Shown: one piece after another, positions 62,701 through 64,000 of the stretch
Position numbering within the stretch: position 1 is the first letter of the stretch
Layout: each line of letters begins with the position of its first letter
DNA from: Oculina patagonica
Taxonomy: Eukaryota
Assembly: GCF_052425735.1 (NCBI RefSeq)
Contig: NC_135761.1
Span: 17,174,001-17,238,000, forward strand
DNA length: 64,000 nt
Direction of reading: 5' to 3'
The notes under the pieces: model-generated
What the model saw: only the letters and a program-made list of their open reading frames with translations
The model's database searches: none
What the model was told of the DNA's origin: nothing
Made by a program: the position numbers and the translations under genes

Positions 62701-64000
62701 AAAAATGATTTGGAACGTTCTAGTTTATTTCGTGTTTTGATTTTTCAGTTTTGGTATACACGATAACATAATATGGTCTTCGTTAAATTTGAATAATGAA
62801 AATCCTGTTGTGTCGAAAACTGATCAAATCAAACGTGATATGATTCACGTTTGCGAAAGCTAGTTTGGCCTCCCTGCTGTTTTTAAGGTTTTTTGCAGAC
62901 AAAGTCGTAATTTCTAGAGTGCGTTCGTAGACGTCGTTTGCTTCAAATACTGAATTAAATTTTTATCATGGGTCTGCGTGATCGATGAGAAAAAGTAAAT
63001 ATTTCGAATAACTTAGGATTACTAATTAATATGGAAATTTGTGATATTGAATGCGTTTCTTATATTTGTACCCTAGGCCTGCGAAAACAAATTAACCTCT
63101 TCTTGGGAGTTTTGGTTAAAATTGTGAAAGGTTATTAATGTTTTTCATCGGCCAAATTATTTTTTCTTAATTACAGCTTTCGTGGCAAACAAAAAGGCGT
63201 ATTCTCTGAAATTACCGCCGTGTTCGTTCTAATTAAGGTAGTATTTATAAATTATTTTAGATTGTCTAAGAGCTCATCTTGTTTTTACAATATATCGGCT
63301 GGTCTGATGTCTTCCACTGCGTGTGAAATATGATTTCCTGAGCATTACAGGAGTAATTAATTATAAATTACTTTTACTGCGTAAGGTAATTCATTTTTCG
63401 TTTAATTGTTTTTGCATTGGTCTGAGAAGTTTTGAAACTGTAGCTAGGCGATTAAAAGAAACATTATGGTATAGGCCAAGGCATATAGCGGTGTTTGCAA
63501 GCGGTTGCTATGGTTATTCGGACGTGATTGACACAATTTAAGGGCAAATGAACCACCATCACTTAGCATCCTAAAGCGTTCGTGAGTGGAAACGAAAAAT
63601 TTCCCTGCTCAAAACCGTTGGTATATTTAACCCCCAACAACCATAGCGGTTTGCAGATTTTATTTTCTGGCTTTCCTTACGTCAAATTTCCCTTGGATGA
63701 TTTTTTTTGGAAGGTATATTTAAAGAAAGACAACAGAGTAGCAAAAACAATGGTCAAAACTAATTTCATCGCGACGTTGATGATCCTTCAAGGATTTCTC
63801 TTCCTATATGGTAAGCGAAACTTAATTTTTTTTAGAAATTTGTGTTTATTAAGTTGTTTGTTTCTGGTATATATCTATCGGTAAATTTGACGTTAAAACT
63901 AAGAAAAAATAAGTTTAAGATAAACATTGGCAAGTAAGAGCCTTCGGCGAAAGAAGGATTGGAGAAAATGTTAATCGAGGTCGTTTCACTGAATATACAT

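Noticed and set aside
59000-64000. Short ORFs in the last 5 kb
   Set aside because: No recognisable domains or consistent splice structure; treated as intergenic or intronic.

Overview
Eukaryotic, intron-containing, AT-rich animal DNA. The repeat families and gene style suggest a stony coral or other anthozoan; this is inference. Four elements dominate. (1) The last eight coding exons of a WD40 beta-propeller gene (512-6128, +). (2) A cluster of three-exon genes encoding ~430-aa secreted proteins: signal peptide + PAN/Apple (exon 1), EGF (121-nt exon 2) and an ALK/LTK-type glycine-rich domain (GRD, exon 3), with no transmembrane or kinase domain. There are two subfamilies, A and B, and A1 and B1 are head-to-head. 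(3) A 27-kb block (10589-37527) bounded by two 500-N gaps. It repeats the cluster in inverted orientation and splits gene A2. The sequence left of the first gap joins seamlessly to the sequence right of the last gap, so the block is most likely a mis-scaffolded second haplotype. That leaves 4 genes per haplotype (A2, A1, B1, B2). Between the two versions the PAN exons are almost identical in protein, while the EGF and GRD exons are mosaic and vary mainly between fixed glycine runs. This points to a polymorphic, secreted polyglycine-scaffold recognition system. (4) Many transposable elements, including a nested L1/Tx1 plus DNA-transposon stack, haplotype-specific TIR elements and a Penelope-like insertion with a hammerhead ribozyme motif.
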